Shown here piece after piece: positions 26,560-38,639 of a stretch of DNA of 64,000 bases. Position 1 is the stretch's first letter. Every line of letters begins with the position of its first letter. The notes under the pieces are model-generated. The model was not told the DNA's origin and ran no database searches. It worked only from the letters and a program-made list of their open reading frames with translations. Position numbers and translations under genes: made by a program. The DNA comes from Podarcis melisellensis (Eukaryota), in assembly GCA_964234715.1 (NCBI GenBank), contig OZ174290.1; one strand, written 5' to 3'.

Positions 26560-26900
26560 AGGGATGAAATAAAATTTCATTGGACTATGTTTTAAAGCAA
26601 AGCATTTTAATTTGCAGTTTCCAGATTTATACACAGATGTAAACGTATTTAACAAACTGAACTTTCCAATTCTGTGGATTTTGTGATGTACTTTTGATTC
26701 AAAAATGCATACAAAAATGAGAATTTTACACAAAAAATGCAAATTTTGTGGGGACAATGTCTATAAATGAGTACCGTTTAAACGTGATTTTCACTCCTCT
26801 AAACTTAAAAAAAGTCTGCAGAAAATGGGACAAAGGAGACTTATGACTGAGCATACATAAAAGTAACAAGAAATGGAAACAGTCTAATCTGTCCATTCCT
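26560..26900. mobile_element. Old AT-rich DNA-transposon-like repeat (TAGGGATG...CCAT(C/T)CCT family)
   Basis: Similar degraded copies at ~35160-35399, ~47958-48255, ~49375-49720 and ~63720-63960. Confidence 0.45.
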
Positions 26901-29900
26901 TCTCATGACCCACACTCTGAGATATTGGAAATAAGCCATACTGGGGAGATGCAGAATAGAGATATGCTGGAGGAGGGGGTTATGTTTCATATAATCTGAT
27001 CATGTTGCAAAAATTAGAGGGAAAGACCTGCTTAATGGGCGAGTGTGGCATATGCATGAATGAAGAAAAATGGCTCTGCCTTACCTTTCTGGTGGAACCC
27101 TGAAAAAGCTACTTAGACTCCCTCTTGGAATTTCACTTAACTGTGGTGGAGCAGGTTTGGCCATAGAGGACTCTATAAGTCTTACCAACTGCAATACCCA
27201 CAATCCTATGGGGCCTAGCAACATCTGTGCAAAAATTCAAACTCGCCCTGCATCTTCATCTTCATCAATCTACCTGGCTTGCATCAGCCATATGGCCCTG
27301 TGGCAGAAGAGAAGGTGGATTGTCAGGAATCCAGTAGGGATTCATCTCAAACTGAGAGAACATGTCTTGTCTTCTCTAAGCTGCACTTGTATGATGATGA
27401 CCTTGCAAACATCTCTTCAGCTCTTTGTGGTTTCACCAAACATGTTGATGAAGCTTGCAACTTTAATAACTTCAGCCTCAGCACAGGTAAGGCCTATTTA
27501 CGTACTCTGTCAGCAGCTAGCACTGACTTCACTCCAACACAGAAAGTGAAAGAGCATAGAAGTACTGAGTACTTTAAGTATGAACTGTCCAGTAAAGGAT
27601 CCCCTGTAATCTAGCCCCCAAGTCGGCTGATGCCTCAGTGGGCTGGAGACCATCTTGAAACAGGAAGGACAAGCCTCACCCCATTTTGAGTCTTGCAAGC
27701 TGCGTACAGGAGACAGGGGTGCTTTCTACAGGACTGCTGAGCAGAACAGCAGCTCGCCCAACTGCAGAATACGTTGAAACTATTTTTACTTGACCTTGGC
27801 AATGTACGTTCCAGAGAACATGATCTCACTTTGTTCAATGTTTATTTCAACAATGTGCTATTTTCCACCCATGACACCCTCACGTAATATCACTACTTCA
27901 CTCCCCCAAAATGGTTTATTTAAATGCTTTTATATAAAAATGTTCTCTTTCAAAGCATTCTCTGGCTCGCAACCAGATCAATCAGCAACCTTGCCGCCCG
28001 CTGATGAAAAATACCAAGCTGATAGCAGGTTACCAGGAGCCCATCCATAAAAGATGACAGATGAATTTTACTTCAAGTGATTATTATTCTTCGGTGGGGG
28101 TGGAGAACAGCCAACAAGTTTGAGACTCCAACCCTCCCTCCCTCCCTAACTCTAAACCAGGAAAAGGGGTACCAGTCCCCTTAAGGCTCCACCATTTTCA
28201 GCCCAATGCCCTCCCACGTGGGTAACAACCTGTGTAGATTTCCTGATCTGGCATCCACCACAAGTTGCAATGAAGGCCACTTCCCACCCTTCCAGCTGAA
28301 AAAATATGACTTAGGATAGTTTCACTGTCTGTAGTTGGAGTGAAATCAAGAAATACTTAAGCTGGCATCACACCAATGAACCTCAGGCACAAACAATTCC
28401 AAGAAAGTCAACAATGTGACAGGAAATCTTATTGGTCTGCTTAAATTAACTGGATCTCATAATCATCAATATTCTTTCATTATGCATTTTGTAGGTTTTG
28501 GCTTATCATCAACATAAGCCCTATCCTTTGGACTGAAATTCTGTTACAGAAAGCATTTTTCATTTTTCAAAGTATTTTCTTCTGAGCCTTAATTGCTCAA
28601 AACATCACCACTGAAATAGTAACTGTTGATGAAATAATTTATTGTCCTTGATCACACCCCCCCAAAAAAATTATAATGTAATTGTCCAATAACTTTCAGA
28701 CATCAAGCAGCTTGTTTGTATGATAGGTGGACATTTTTTTTCAGCCTGGCAGCTGCATTACTTCCTAAAAAGCTTTCTGGGGGCTGCTGGTGTGTGGGAC
28801 CAGAGGAAAAAGTGAGTACAGCAACAGATGCGACTCTTATCTTTGTACAGAAGACTGCATTCCAGCCACGGAAAAGTGAGTGGCTTTTATATTTACATAC
28901 CTCCATCCAGGCATGCAGGAGATATTATCCCAGTTCAAGGCTGCACTGTATCCAGACAGAAGAATTTGAGGCTAGTGCCAAAGTGGCGGTGCAGGCTATC
29001 GTTTGAGGAGGGCATGTGGATAGAGGTCTGGAATTTGCCCCCCTCCCTGGCTTATATGGTGCTCCATTATATATTCCATATGCAGAATGCAATCCACCTC
29101 CTCAGGTTACTTGCCAGGAACACCCATGCAGGTGTACAAGGCACAAAGTGATCACTGTGTTGTGTGCCTGACACTGAAGATGAGTTATCTCAAACCCCAC
29201 CTGCCTGTTTTTCTTTCTTTCACTACCTTGCATCACAGACCAGTTCATCTCAATATGGCACAATCACAGCTGTAGAGAGAATAGCAGAGGCTAGTCAGGA
29301 ATCTGCCAGGGCCAAGCTGAAGCTATGGGCACCTGTGCCTTAGTTCAGAATGACTTGTGCTTATGCTACCTCGGAAACGTTGGAGGGATCATGCTGGATC
29401 AGATCAAAGGTTCATCTAATCCAGTATCCCAGTTCCCAGTGTCCAGACATATGCTTCCAGGAAGCCACAAAGCAAGACATGTAGGCAACAGCCTATTTTA
29501 ACCTCCACCCATCCCAACATCTGTAATTGTGCCACTCTGTCTCTGACTATAAGAGATTTATTCTCCGTGAAGGTGTAAGTGTCTAGAACCATGCACAGCA
29601 ATAAAGGGTACTCAGAAAAGCCAACATTTAGAGGAGGAAGCAGGACTAAAACTTTCCAATTGCATGCAACTCCTTTTCATAAATTTGGCTCAATGCATTG
29701 AGATTGGGGCAAAGCCAGCATGAACACTGCCTGTCCCAACTTCTCCAAGCATTCAGTGTAAACATGGAGAAAGTCTGAATGGGGCTATAGCTCAGTTCTC
29801 CTGAATGATGTCATTTTCCACACTAGCACCTGCCAACTTCCAGCTGGAAGAAATCAAGCACTTAAGAATATGATTATTCTATTGTTTAGATTTCAGAATG

Positions 29901-29921
29901 GTCTGGCTGCAAAGATCTAAC

Positions 29922-30036
29922 TCAGGGGTGGCCGTCCTGATGCTGCTAGACTGCAGTTTGCACCAGTGTCTGCCATAGTGGCCAATGGTCAGATTGATGG
30001 GTGGGAATTGTAGTCCAACAACATCTGGAGGGCCAC
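29922..30036. mobile_element. hAT-type MITE fragment
   Basis: CAGGGGTGGCC...GGGAATTGTAGTCCAACAACATCTGGAGGGCCAC; related fragments at ~39170-39250 and ~59975-60040. Confidence 0.55.
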
Positions 30037-30235
30037 ATCCTTAAGTGGTTGGAAAGTATGTACTACTTCCTCGAGTGGGGAACAGCAACACAAAATTATT
30101 CCTATTCATTACAAATATCCACTGCGCCCCTTAAGGGTTTCAGCAAGATGGACTGCAAGTCTCTAACTCCCTAACTGCCCAATGCTGAAATTGAAACAGG
30201 AAAACCAGGTTTGCAGCAGAGGTTGGAATCCAGGA

Positions 30236-30299
30236 TAATAATAATAATTATTTATTATTATTATTTATACTCCGCCCATCTGGCTGGGTTTCCCCAGCC
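30236..30299 (-). mobile_element. Extremely 5'-truncated L2-type insertion with TSD
   Basis: (TAA/TTA) tail plus CCGCCCATCTGGCTGGGTTTCCCCAGCC; 9-bp TSD AATCCAGGA (30227-30235, 30300-30308). Confidence 0.75.
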
Positions 30300-31469
30300 A
30301 ATCCAGGAGACTCTGCTGTGTTAACCAAGGAAGGCCAGAAGGCCGGGCATCCTTAGCATCTCTATATCAACCTAGGGTCTCATACACGCTGACAATCATG
30401 GGGGGCCAATATCACACACACCACCCTTTTCCTTTCTCCATCTGAAAAGGGTTCCAATGTCTCAGCCACACACATTCCCATGCCAATCACCAGAGTGATT
30501 GAAATCTACAGGTAGATTTCAGAAACTCAATGAATTTCAACAACTATCTAGTCAGGAATGGCCGGGAAAGGATACTTTTCTGATGCTGCTCCCAATATAT
30601 ACAACAGCAAGTTAATGGCCTCATTTTTCAAAGAGGGAGGAGGAAAAGTTGATGATGAGAATAGTTCCTCTCTCCGATTGCTCTGCAAAGCATTTATTAG
30701 GGTTAATAACTGTGATTAAATTGCTTTCTGATCCTGCTGAGGAAGGCACAAAGTGGCAGAAGCTAAAAATAAACGGTGCTTAGTTTAGAAGATTTTAAAA
30801 AAACAAAAAACTTCTTTTACAATCCATATCTTGATGTCTTCCCATTCAGCTACTAAAACTTGTGGCACACTTCACCAATAGTTTCTTATGGCTAAAATCC
30901 AAAGGACACAACTGACACCCCCTAAAAAGAAGAAGTAAGTACCAATTTTCCCCAGTGAAGCAGTCATCCTAAAACCGCTGTGTTACACTAACCCGAATGT
31001 AAATTTGTTCTAGGATAAAAACAAGAAAGGTCTTGCAGACCCTAAAAAATGAAAGAAATTGCCTAGCCAAATGGCAAAAAAACACAATGGAATAATTTCT
31101 CATGTTAGATTTACTCAAGTAAGGAATCCTTCCACTGCTGAATCTAATCTACTGCGTGATTTGATGGGTTGTGTGGTAGTTCTCTCTCCCTACCCCCACC
31201 CCAATAAGCAAACTGTAGGGATGATTCTGAGCACCTCTTCCAACGGCATTTCTTTAGCATAAAACGAATTATTTTGGTCAGACAGCTGACCAGCAAATCA
31301 GTTGCCGGGATGAGAATCTGGAAGAGTGGAAAGTTTTTCTAACCTCCTGTCATGTTCTGTGCTATTGTCAGAGGTTCTTTCAGAGCCCCAAGCATTCTTC
31401 CTGGAGCCTGAAGATTCAAAATTATAACCAAACTTCTTTAGGCAAACATCTGGCTGTGTAATTTGAATT

Positions 31470-31722
31470 ACAAGATGAGGCCTTCTCTGTTTGTGAAATG
31501 TTCTCTCCAGGTGGGCCTTCATTACATATCTTTAGGCACCAGGCAAACACATTTCTTTATAACCAGGCCTTTGGCTGATTTACATTCTACAGCCTTTTAA
31601 ATGGGGGGGGGGTTAAATGGTTTGTTCTGGCTTTTGTCTTATTATGTGTTTTGTCTTCTTATTTTGCATTTTTATGCTGTGAACCGCACAAAGGGCAGCT
31701 TACAAATTTAATAAATAATAAA
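31470..31722 (+). mobile_element. L2 LINE 3' fragment
   Basis: AGGCCTTCTCTG...TTTAGGCACCAGGCAAA...CAGGCCTTTGG, T-rich 3'UTR, TGTGAACCGC...AATAAATAATAAA tail. Confidence 0.6.
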
Positions 31723-32246
31723 CATTGGACATTCAGGGCATCCACTGCTACCAAGACCTTGTGTATCTTGCTATCTCATAGACTCCTTAGCCAACAACTC
31801 CCTAACTCCTAAAATAGTTCTGCCCTGTTTCCCTGACAGCAGCACAATCACCCTCCTGTCCTAGTATGAGACTTTGATCAAAGTGATCACTCATTTCCCT
31901 AACAGAAGTAGCACTGTTGACTGCAGCTGCCCACTGAACAGTTAGAATACTGATGGACATTTCACAACGTAAGAGTATCAGTCCATGGGTATACGAAGGC
32001 TCATATACAAGAAGGCAACTGGCAGTTTTCAGTCTGTAATGAAAAAAGCACTAGTCCATGTGGGGAAAACCTAGCTGAGTTGGAGAATCCCTCTTTGCCC
32101 TAAGAACAAAAGAACAGCTCTTGTTTCAGGTCAAAGGTCCATCTACCTTGGCATCCTATTTCCAGGAAGCCCACAAGCTGAGCATGAAGACACCAGTCCT
32201 CTTCAACTGTTTCGTCCAAAAACAGCATTGTAACAGACTCTGAATA

Positions 32247-32472
32247 CAGTAGTACCTCGGGTTAAGAACTTAATTCGTTCTGGAGGTCAGTTCTTAACCT
32301 GAAACTGTTCTTAACCTGAAGCACCACTTTAGCTAATGGGGCCTCCCGCTGCTGCCGTGCCACCGGAGCACAATTTCTGTTCTCATCCTGAAACAAAGTT
32401 CTTAACCCGAGGCACTATTTCTGGGTTAGCAGAGTCTGTAACCTGAAGCGTATGTAACCCGAGGTACCACTG
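32247..32472. mobile_element. Tc1/mariner (pogo/Tigger-like) MITE, copy 2, 226 bp, inserted in a CR1 3' fragment
   Basis: Same TIRs and TA TSD; flanks (32101-32200, 32480-32560) look like a CR1 3' end on the minus strand. Confidence 0.92.
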
Positions 32473-32699
32473 TATGTGGGTTCCATTAGCCATCACATCT
32501 CATGAATCTGTCTAATTCCCTGACAGCCAATGCTAGTGGGCCTCACTACATATTGTGGCAATGACTCTGCAGGGGATCGGGAACCCTTCCCATCCCTGGC
32601 ACAGCCACATCAAGGATTCTCCCCGCTCGTCCGTACCAACAAGCTGCCTTGTCCCAGCCCACTAGGAGCTGGGGTGAAACTGCTTCAGCTCCAGCGCTG

Positions 32700-32840
32700 A
32701 GAACTGTGGCAATTTCACCCGGCGCCTCGCAGGCTGAGGCCAACACAGCTTGTTTTTTCAACATCGCAGTATATCGCCAGACCGTGATATCTGGCTGGTG
32801 GTATACCACAGTGTTGAAAAGCTGATATTGCCCAGCCCTA
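32700..32840. mobile_element. Right end of a hAT MITE related to 3890-4384
   Basis: Ends TATTGCCCAGCCCTA; subterminal GTATATCGC / GTGATATC motifs shared with the 3890 element. Confidence 0.6.
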
Positions 32841-33848
32841 CTGCAGATGAAAGTGATGCACAATGTTTTGTTTATTTACAAAAGAATTCGTGTGGAGCAA
32901 TGAATCAAAATCAATATGCTAATTCTGTTTGGAAGATAAAACACCCCTGACAGAGAGAAATAAATTAATTACGGGTGTCTTCCAATCTGTCTTGAGTCTC
33001 CCTTTTCATCAGATAAGCCAGTGAGCTAAAGTGAGATGCCCCCATTGCAGAATCCATCAGCAGCATGCACATTCAGCGCTCTTATCTGCATAATTAGGTG
33101 GTTGTCCTCCGTGTGTGAAAAAGGACACTATGCACCATCTCGTTCTTTCTGGGCTCTTTAATTTATACATGTTGTTAACAAACATACAAGCTCAGTAATT
33201 TCATATCTTTCATTGTCCCAATTTTTGATGTGTTAGGAGAGCGTATTTCACTGATGAAAGTCTAAAGCATACTGTGATGTCCTTTTCATCCCTGAGTAAC
33301 GATCAGCATTTCATTCTTTAGCTTTCTTATGATAAGCTAAGTACCAAATTAATCAAAGCAAGGGAGCATAAAGTGCAATAAATAGTATGAATCATGAGAT
33401 AGGTGTGGAATTAAGAACAGGTGAATTTTGCAGTAGAACTGCAAATAAGATCTTCATTATTGGATTAGCCATGCAGAGCAGAATCAAAGAGTCATCGTGT
33501 TGGTAGAGGGGGAAATTAATTCGGGGACATCAATAGAATGTCATATCAGCAGCAGGATATATTCCAGCAGGATATATTCCAGTATTGGGGCAGTAAATTG
33601 CCCATCCAAGATATCCCGCCACCCTCCACAGGAAGAGCACAACACAGTTTCCCAAACGGACATGAATCACAAACTCCAGGAAACCCATTAGCACCTGTCA
33701 CTAATCTTATTTATGTGCAGTTATGCATTTATAGGCAGAAGTCCGCAGGCCTACAATAAACAAATATGAAAAGGAAGAGCACACTTGGGGGGATGAATGT
33801 CATGACCATCAACTTATGTAATTCTTGGCATTTATATGACATATATAA

Positions 33849-34116
33849 AGGACCCCTGACCATTAGGTCCAGTTGTGGCCAACTCTAGGGTTGCGACTCT
33901 AGGCAAACCAGAGCAGCGCACGGAAACGCCGTTTACCTTCCCGCCAGAGCGGTACCTATTTATCTACTTGCACTTTGATGTGCTTTTGAACTGCTAGGTT
34001 GGCAGGAGCAGGGACCAAGCAACGGGAGCTCACCCCGCTGCAGGGATTCGAACCGCCGACCTTCTCATCAGCAAGTCCGAGGCTCTGTGGTTTAACCCAC
34101 AGTGCACCCGAGTCCC
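33849..34116 (-). mobile_element. Sauria (POM/Squam1) SINE with internal deletion
   Basis: Matches the full copies at 36336 and 40483; 16-bp TSD TATATGACATATATAA (33833-33848, 34117-34132). Confidence 0.93.
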
Positions 34117-34194
34117 TATATGACATATATAATTTAGGTTAATTTTCACATACATTTTCTCACAAGCCAAAACAGAACTTGCATGGCGAATGTA

Positions 34195-34385
34195 TACACT
34201 GACATGCATATATTTATACTTATGTACATTGAATTTCATTTTCCACTTGCCCACATATTCCCTAAGTTTGGAGGTATACTTTTGGAGATCTTCACAATCC
34301 TTTTTTTCCCTTCATTTTAATCACCCCAAATAAGTCAGAACCATCAATCAACTTGACAACCTCACTGCTCACCCCTCGTTTATGA
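34195..34385 (-). mobile_element. CR1 RT fragment
   Basis: Minus-strand KWKMKFNVHKYKYMH resembles the CR1 RT WQMKFNVDKCKVMH motif. Confidence 0.65.
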
Positions 34386-36224
34386 CCTTCTTGGTAGTGG
34401 CTCCCAGCTATGACCTAGATGATTTGCCTGACTTCCTCTTCTCTTTGTAATATTAGGTGTCAGGTAACAACATACTGTTTAGTGATGCACTGTAGCTCTT
34501 TTCTAGCTTGATGTTTGGTTGATTTCTTAATGCTGTTGCTGCTCTGTTTCAGTCTGGCTTTTTTCCACTGTTCATAGATTTCTGATAAGCGTTTCAATAC
34601 ACTGGCCTGATGTGGGATATCATTTTTTTAATTAATACATAATACACAAACAAACTAGAAAGTAAAGAGAGGAAGGCTGCCATGTGTCCTGATTTTCCAG
34701 TTCAACAATTTCAGTAGTCCCCGCCCCCCAGCCAAAAAAAAACCCCAGGGTGTCCTGGTTTTTTACTTTTTGACATACTGCAACTTACAATTCACACATT
34801 ATCAGTCCTACCCAAACTGCACTCACCCAGCTCTCTTTATTACTCATTCATTTTCCTGGGTAACTGGCAACAGTTGACAATGTAATACTATTAGTGCCTC
34901 AGGCAAGGAAAGTTGTTGCTGCTAAGTGACTTTAAGTGCATAAATAGTGAGGCAAGCACAGGCGCTCTTGAGAGAGATACTTCCAATGAAAGCTTGCCTT
35001 TGTAACAATGGAATACATTAACGAAAGAGAACCAGCAACTAAGGATGAACAGATCTATCTATTTTGGGCCTGGGTCACTACCACATATGTTTATTTATAA
35101 ATCATTTCTGTCCTTCCACATTAATCTGTAGGTTATTGTCTAAAAAATATTGTACTAAAATTCTTATTTAAATACAAAGTTAATTATTTATTTTATCCCA
35201 ACGTGCACATTTCTGAATGTACTTCATTCTAAAATACACTGTTCTGCACATTTTGGTATGTTTCTTGAGCCAAAAACATGTGGAGCATTGCCAGATCTGA
35301 AGGTTAATTATGTTCCAATCCGTATAATTAACCCAGGAGCTGCAAATTAGGGCAGCTCGTGTAAAAATATGGACCAAATCAAATTCTCTTCCATCCCTGC
35401 TAGTAACACACACCAGTGCCCGCCCATCCCCTTACACACACATTTTCTATTCACCAACAGAGAAAAGGAGTCAGGAGGATATGTCAAGGGAATCAGTACA
35501 GATGGAGAGAGGACGATGTGGAGGGAGAGTGGCAGAGAGCACAGCAACAGAGCAATATATTCCATGAACAAAGGCAGAGATTATTCTGATGGGCAAGCAT
35601 GCACTTCATTGCACACTTTAATGGGTAGGATGCCAAAGAACAGAACATATGCCTGGCACACACAGCTGGATAGCAAGTCAGACTATTTGTTGACTAATTC
35701 AACTGGAGGAGGAGAGGACAGAGGGTGAAGAAAGAGCTGTGAGTGGAGGGGGGGGCTTTCCCCTCCTATTGACCCCCCTGGGAAACTCAAAAAAACTGCT
35801 GCACCTGGAACCGAGTATAAAGAGTGTGGCTGAATGGGACACAGCTGTGGGTAGCCTAAGGACGTCCCATCCACCTTGGGGCGGCCCATGAAAAGTAAGT
35901 CTAGAGTGAGAGGCTAGGGTGATTGATGTCCACTGTTTCCAGGATCTTTTCTTGCTGTGAGACTTTCATGGGAGAGCTGTGAGTTTGCTTGGAAGCTAAG
36001 TGAGAACCCGGAGGCTGAGAGAGAGGGCGTGTCAGAAGGAAAATGAAATGACATTGATTTCTATATATATTAGTAACTTTGTATTAATGCAACATTTTTA
36101 TATGTAATTGTGTATTTTTGCAATATTTTAAGTTATCTGTTGTTGCTTCAGTTTTGTGTACGCTGCTTGGATATATATTTTTAATATATGAAGTGGTATA
36201 GAAATTAAAAAGTCGTAATCATAA

Positions 36225-36335
36225 CACTGTCTGCACTGACTAGCAGTGGCTTCCCAGGATCTCAGTAAATGGATTTTCCTAACCCTACCTGGAGATAATG
36301 AGGACTGAATTTACAACATTCTACATACAGCTACA
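36225..36335 (-). mobile_element. Squam3-like SINE fragment interrupted by the Sauria SINE
   Basis: CTGTCTGCACTGACTAGCAGTGGC...CCCTACCTGGAGAT...GGACTGAA. Confidence 0.55.
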
Positions 36336-36683
36336 GGGACGTGGGTGGCGCTCTGGGTTAAACCACAGAGCCTAGGACTTGCCAATCAGAAGGTGGGCGG
36401 TTCGAATCCCCGCGACGGGGTGAGCTCCCGTTGCTCGGTCCCCGCTCCTGCCAACCTAGCAGTTTGAAAGCACATCAGTGCAAGTATATAAATAGCTACC
36501 ACTCCGGTAGGAAGGTAAACGGCGTTTCCGTGTGCTGCTCTGGTTCGCCAGAAGCGGCTTAGTCATGCTGGCCATATGACCCGAAAGCTGTACGCTGGCT
36601 CCCTCGGCCAATAAAGTGAGATGAGTGCCGCAACCCCAGAGTCGGCCACGACTGGACCTAATGGTCAGGGGTCCCTTTACCTT
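36336..36683 (+). mobile_element. Full-length Sauria (POM/Squam1) SINE
   Basis: Starts GGGACGTGGGTGGCGCT, B-box GGTTCGAATCC, (ACCTTT) tail; 14-bp TSD TACATACAGCTACA (36322-36335, 36684-36697). Confidence 0.96.
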
Positions 36684-37854
36684 TACATACAGCTACATGG
36701 AAGAAGCTGAGTTTTATTTTTAGGGGGTGGGACAAATGGACCAGCAGAAATGGCCAAGCAAACAGACCCATATCAGAGGTGGGACAATGCATTCTCTAAA
36801 GGACAGAACTTAATGCCAGATATCTAACACAGACTTCAACAGGGAAGAGACTACAGCAATCACAAAGAAACACACTATTTGGCATTATAATTCCACAATG
36901 ACTGGAAGAAGAGAGCCAGCAGAAGGAAAGGTTACAAGGAGGATGCAACTGTTTTAATCCTTGGCTTTAGAAAGTCTTTGCTATGTCATGTGATACTGGT
37001 TTAGGAAGACAGCAAAATTCTTTGGGGCAATGGCAGAGAGGAGGATGAGAACAGCCGGCCTCTGAAGGAACGCAGCCTGCCTGGAGATTTCTGCACTCGC
37101 CACGCTAATAGGGCCCCTCTCTGGCTGGCTGCTGCTTGCCTCGTGTCAGCAAAGAGCCTCAGTGCACTGGCGCGAGCCTGACGGGATGTCAATAAAAATC
37201 AAATGTGCCTGTATTAAAGTCACACGGCATTTATGAACATGTGGAACCAGCTGCTCAGTGAGCTGCATTCTGGCAGGGAAGAGAAATCCACCCAGATGCA
37301 AAAATAGATTTTGCTACACAGTGCTTGCAGATGGCTACCAATTAAAAGGCATGGGAATGCACATTACATAATAAAGAAATTGAGAGCGCCGCAACTTAGA
37401 AAGCAGAGAGGGCTGGGGGGGGGGGGGCGTGAGGCAGCAAGTTCTACAGGACAACTGTTAGAATGAGAGAAAAATGGAACCTCCCTGTTCAGAGGCAGTA
37501 TACTGTACCTCCAGGGAATAACAAAAGGAACAGCTATCACCCTTGATGGTTGGTAGGTTGGTTGGTTGGTTTTAAAGCATTTATAAATGGCTTAGTATTT
37601 TTAAACCTGCAACATAGAAAAAACTAACAATACGATTAAAACAAAAATGCAATATAAAACCAGTAAAACAATATTATAAAAGCAGATAAAAATAGAAATT
37701 CAGTAAATTAAAACAAACTGAAAACAAGGTTTGATTTATATGAGTCAGGTAAGGCCTGGGCAGAAAGATGTGTCTTTAAAAGACATATGAAGCAACTGAT
37801 GGTTCCTGCTTCACATATCTTCAGATCTACTAGAAAAAGTATAAGCAGCTTTAT

Positions 37855-38005
37855 GAAACTGTCTTATACAGAGTCAGAACACTGGGCCATTTATGGCAGT
37901 GCTGCCTACTAACACGGGCACCAGCTCCAAGCTCTCATCCTTTCCACCTGAACTGTATGTTTTTAAACTGAGAATGGAAGGGACTGAACCTGGAACCTTC
38001 TGTGC
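37855..38005 (-). mobile_element. Squam3-like SINE, degraded
   Basis: CTGTCTTATACAGAGTCAGA...GGGACTGAACCTGGAACCTTCTG. Confidence 0.55.
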
Positions 38006-38363
38006 CGTCAAACTGTTATGCATGTGTATGAATAATGAAGTGAATGTAGTCGCCCTGGATACGTTAAGAAGGACCAGAACACATTGATCTCCTCATCTGT
38101 TGCACTCAGATTTCTGCACTACAGCAGAAAAAAAGAGATTGTAGCATCTATCAGGCTAAGCAGCTGTAGGAGGGCAGACTTAAAACTTACAACTATATGA
38201 ATGAAGGCTTGTGTGCACCCTGGAACCCCCGTATCCATGCACACCATGGGGAGGGACTAGCTGTGGCATGTGGCACCAGGATGGGGTTGGTCAGCATAGC
38301 CCTGCCCTCCCCCCTTCATACAATCCTCCAATGCATAAGAGAAACATGTGGTTTACCCTAGAG

Positions 38364-38639
38364 CAGTGGTTCCCAGTTGTTGGTCCATGAAACCCAGGTG
38401 GTCTACAGAACATAGCTGTCAACTGTCCAGGACGCCCCATTTTTGGGTACCATGTGTAGGAGCACAGCCCAGAAAACATGCATCCTGTTTTTGTGCTGGA
38501 ACATGTTGGAGGGTATGGTGGCACCATTCCCAAAACAGAAAGTACCACAGAGAGAGCAACATTTTCAAAAGTAGGGGGCTCATGGCTTGACTTATGAAAA
38601 ATGGGGGGTCCGCAGTACTTAGCTAATTGAGAACCACTG
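38364..38639. mobile_element. hAT-Charlie-type MITE
   Basis: TIRs CAGTGGTTCCCA / TGAGAACCACTG; degenerate 8-bp TSD CCCTAGAG / CCCTGGGA. Confidence 0.7.

Noticed and set aside
27070-27614. Overlapping plus-strand ORFs of 159 and 111 aa with a CAG|GTAAGG donor
   Set aside because: No convincing acceptor or recognisable domain; consistent with chance ORFs.
33550-33582. 15-bp tandem duplication CAGCAGGATATATTC x2
   Set aside because: Ordinary slippage duplication with no further structure.
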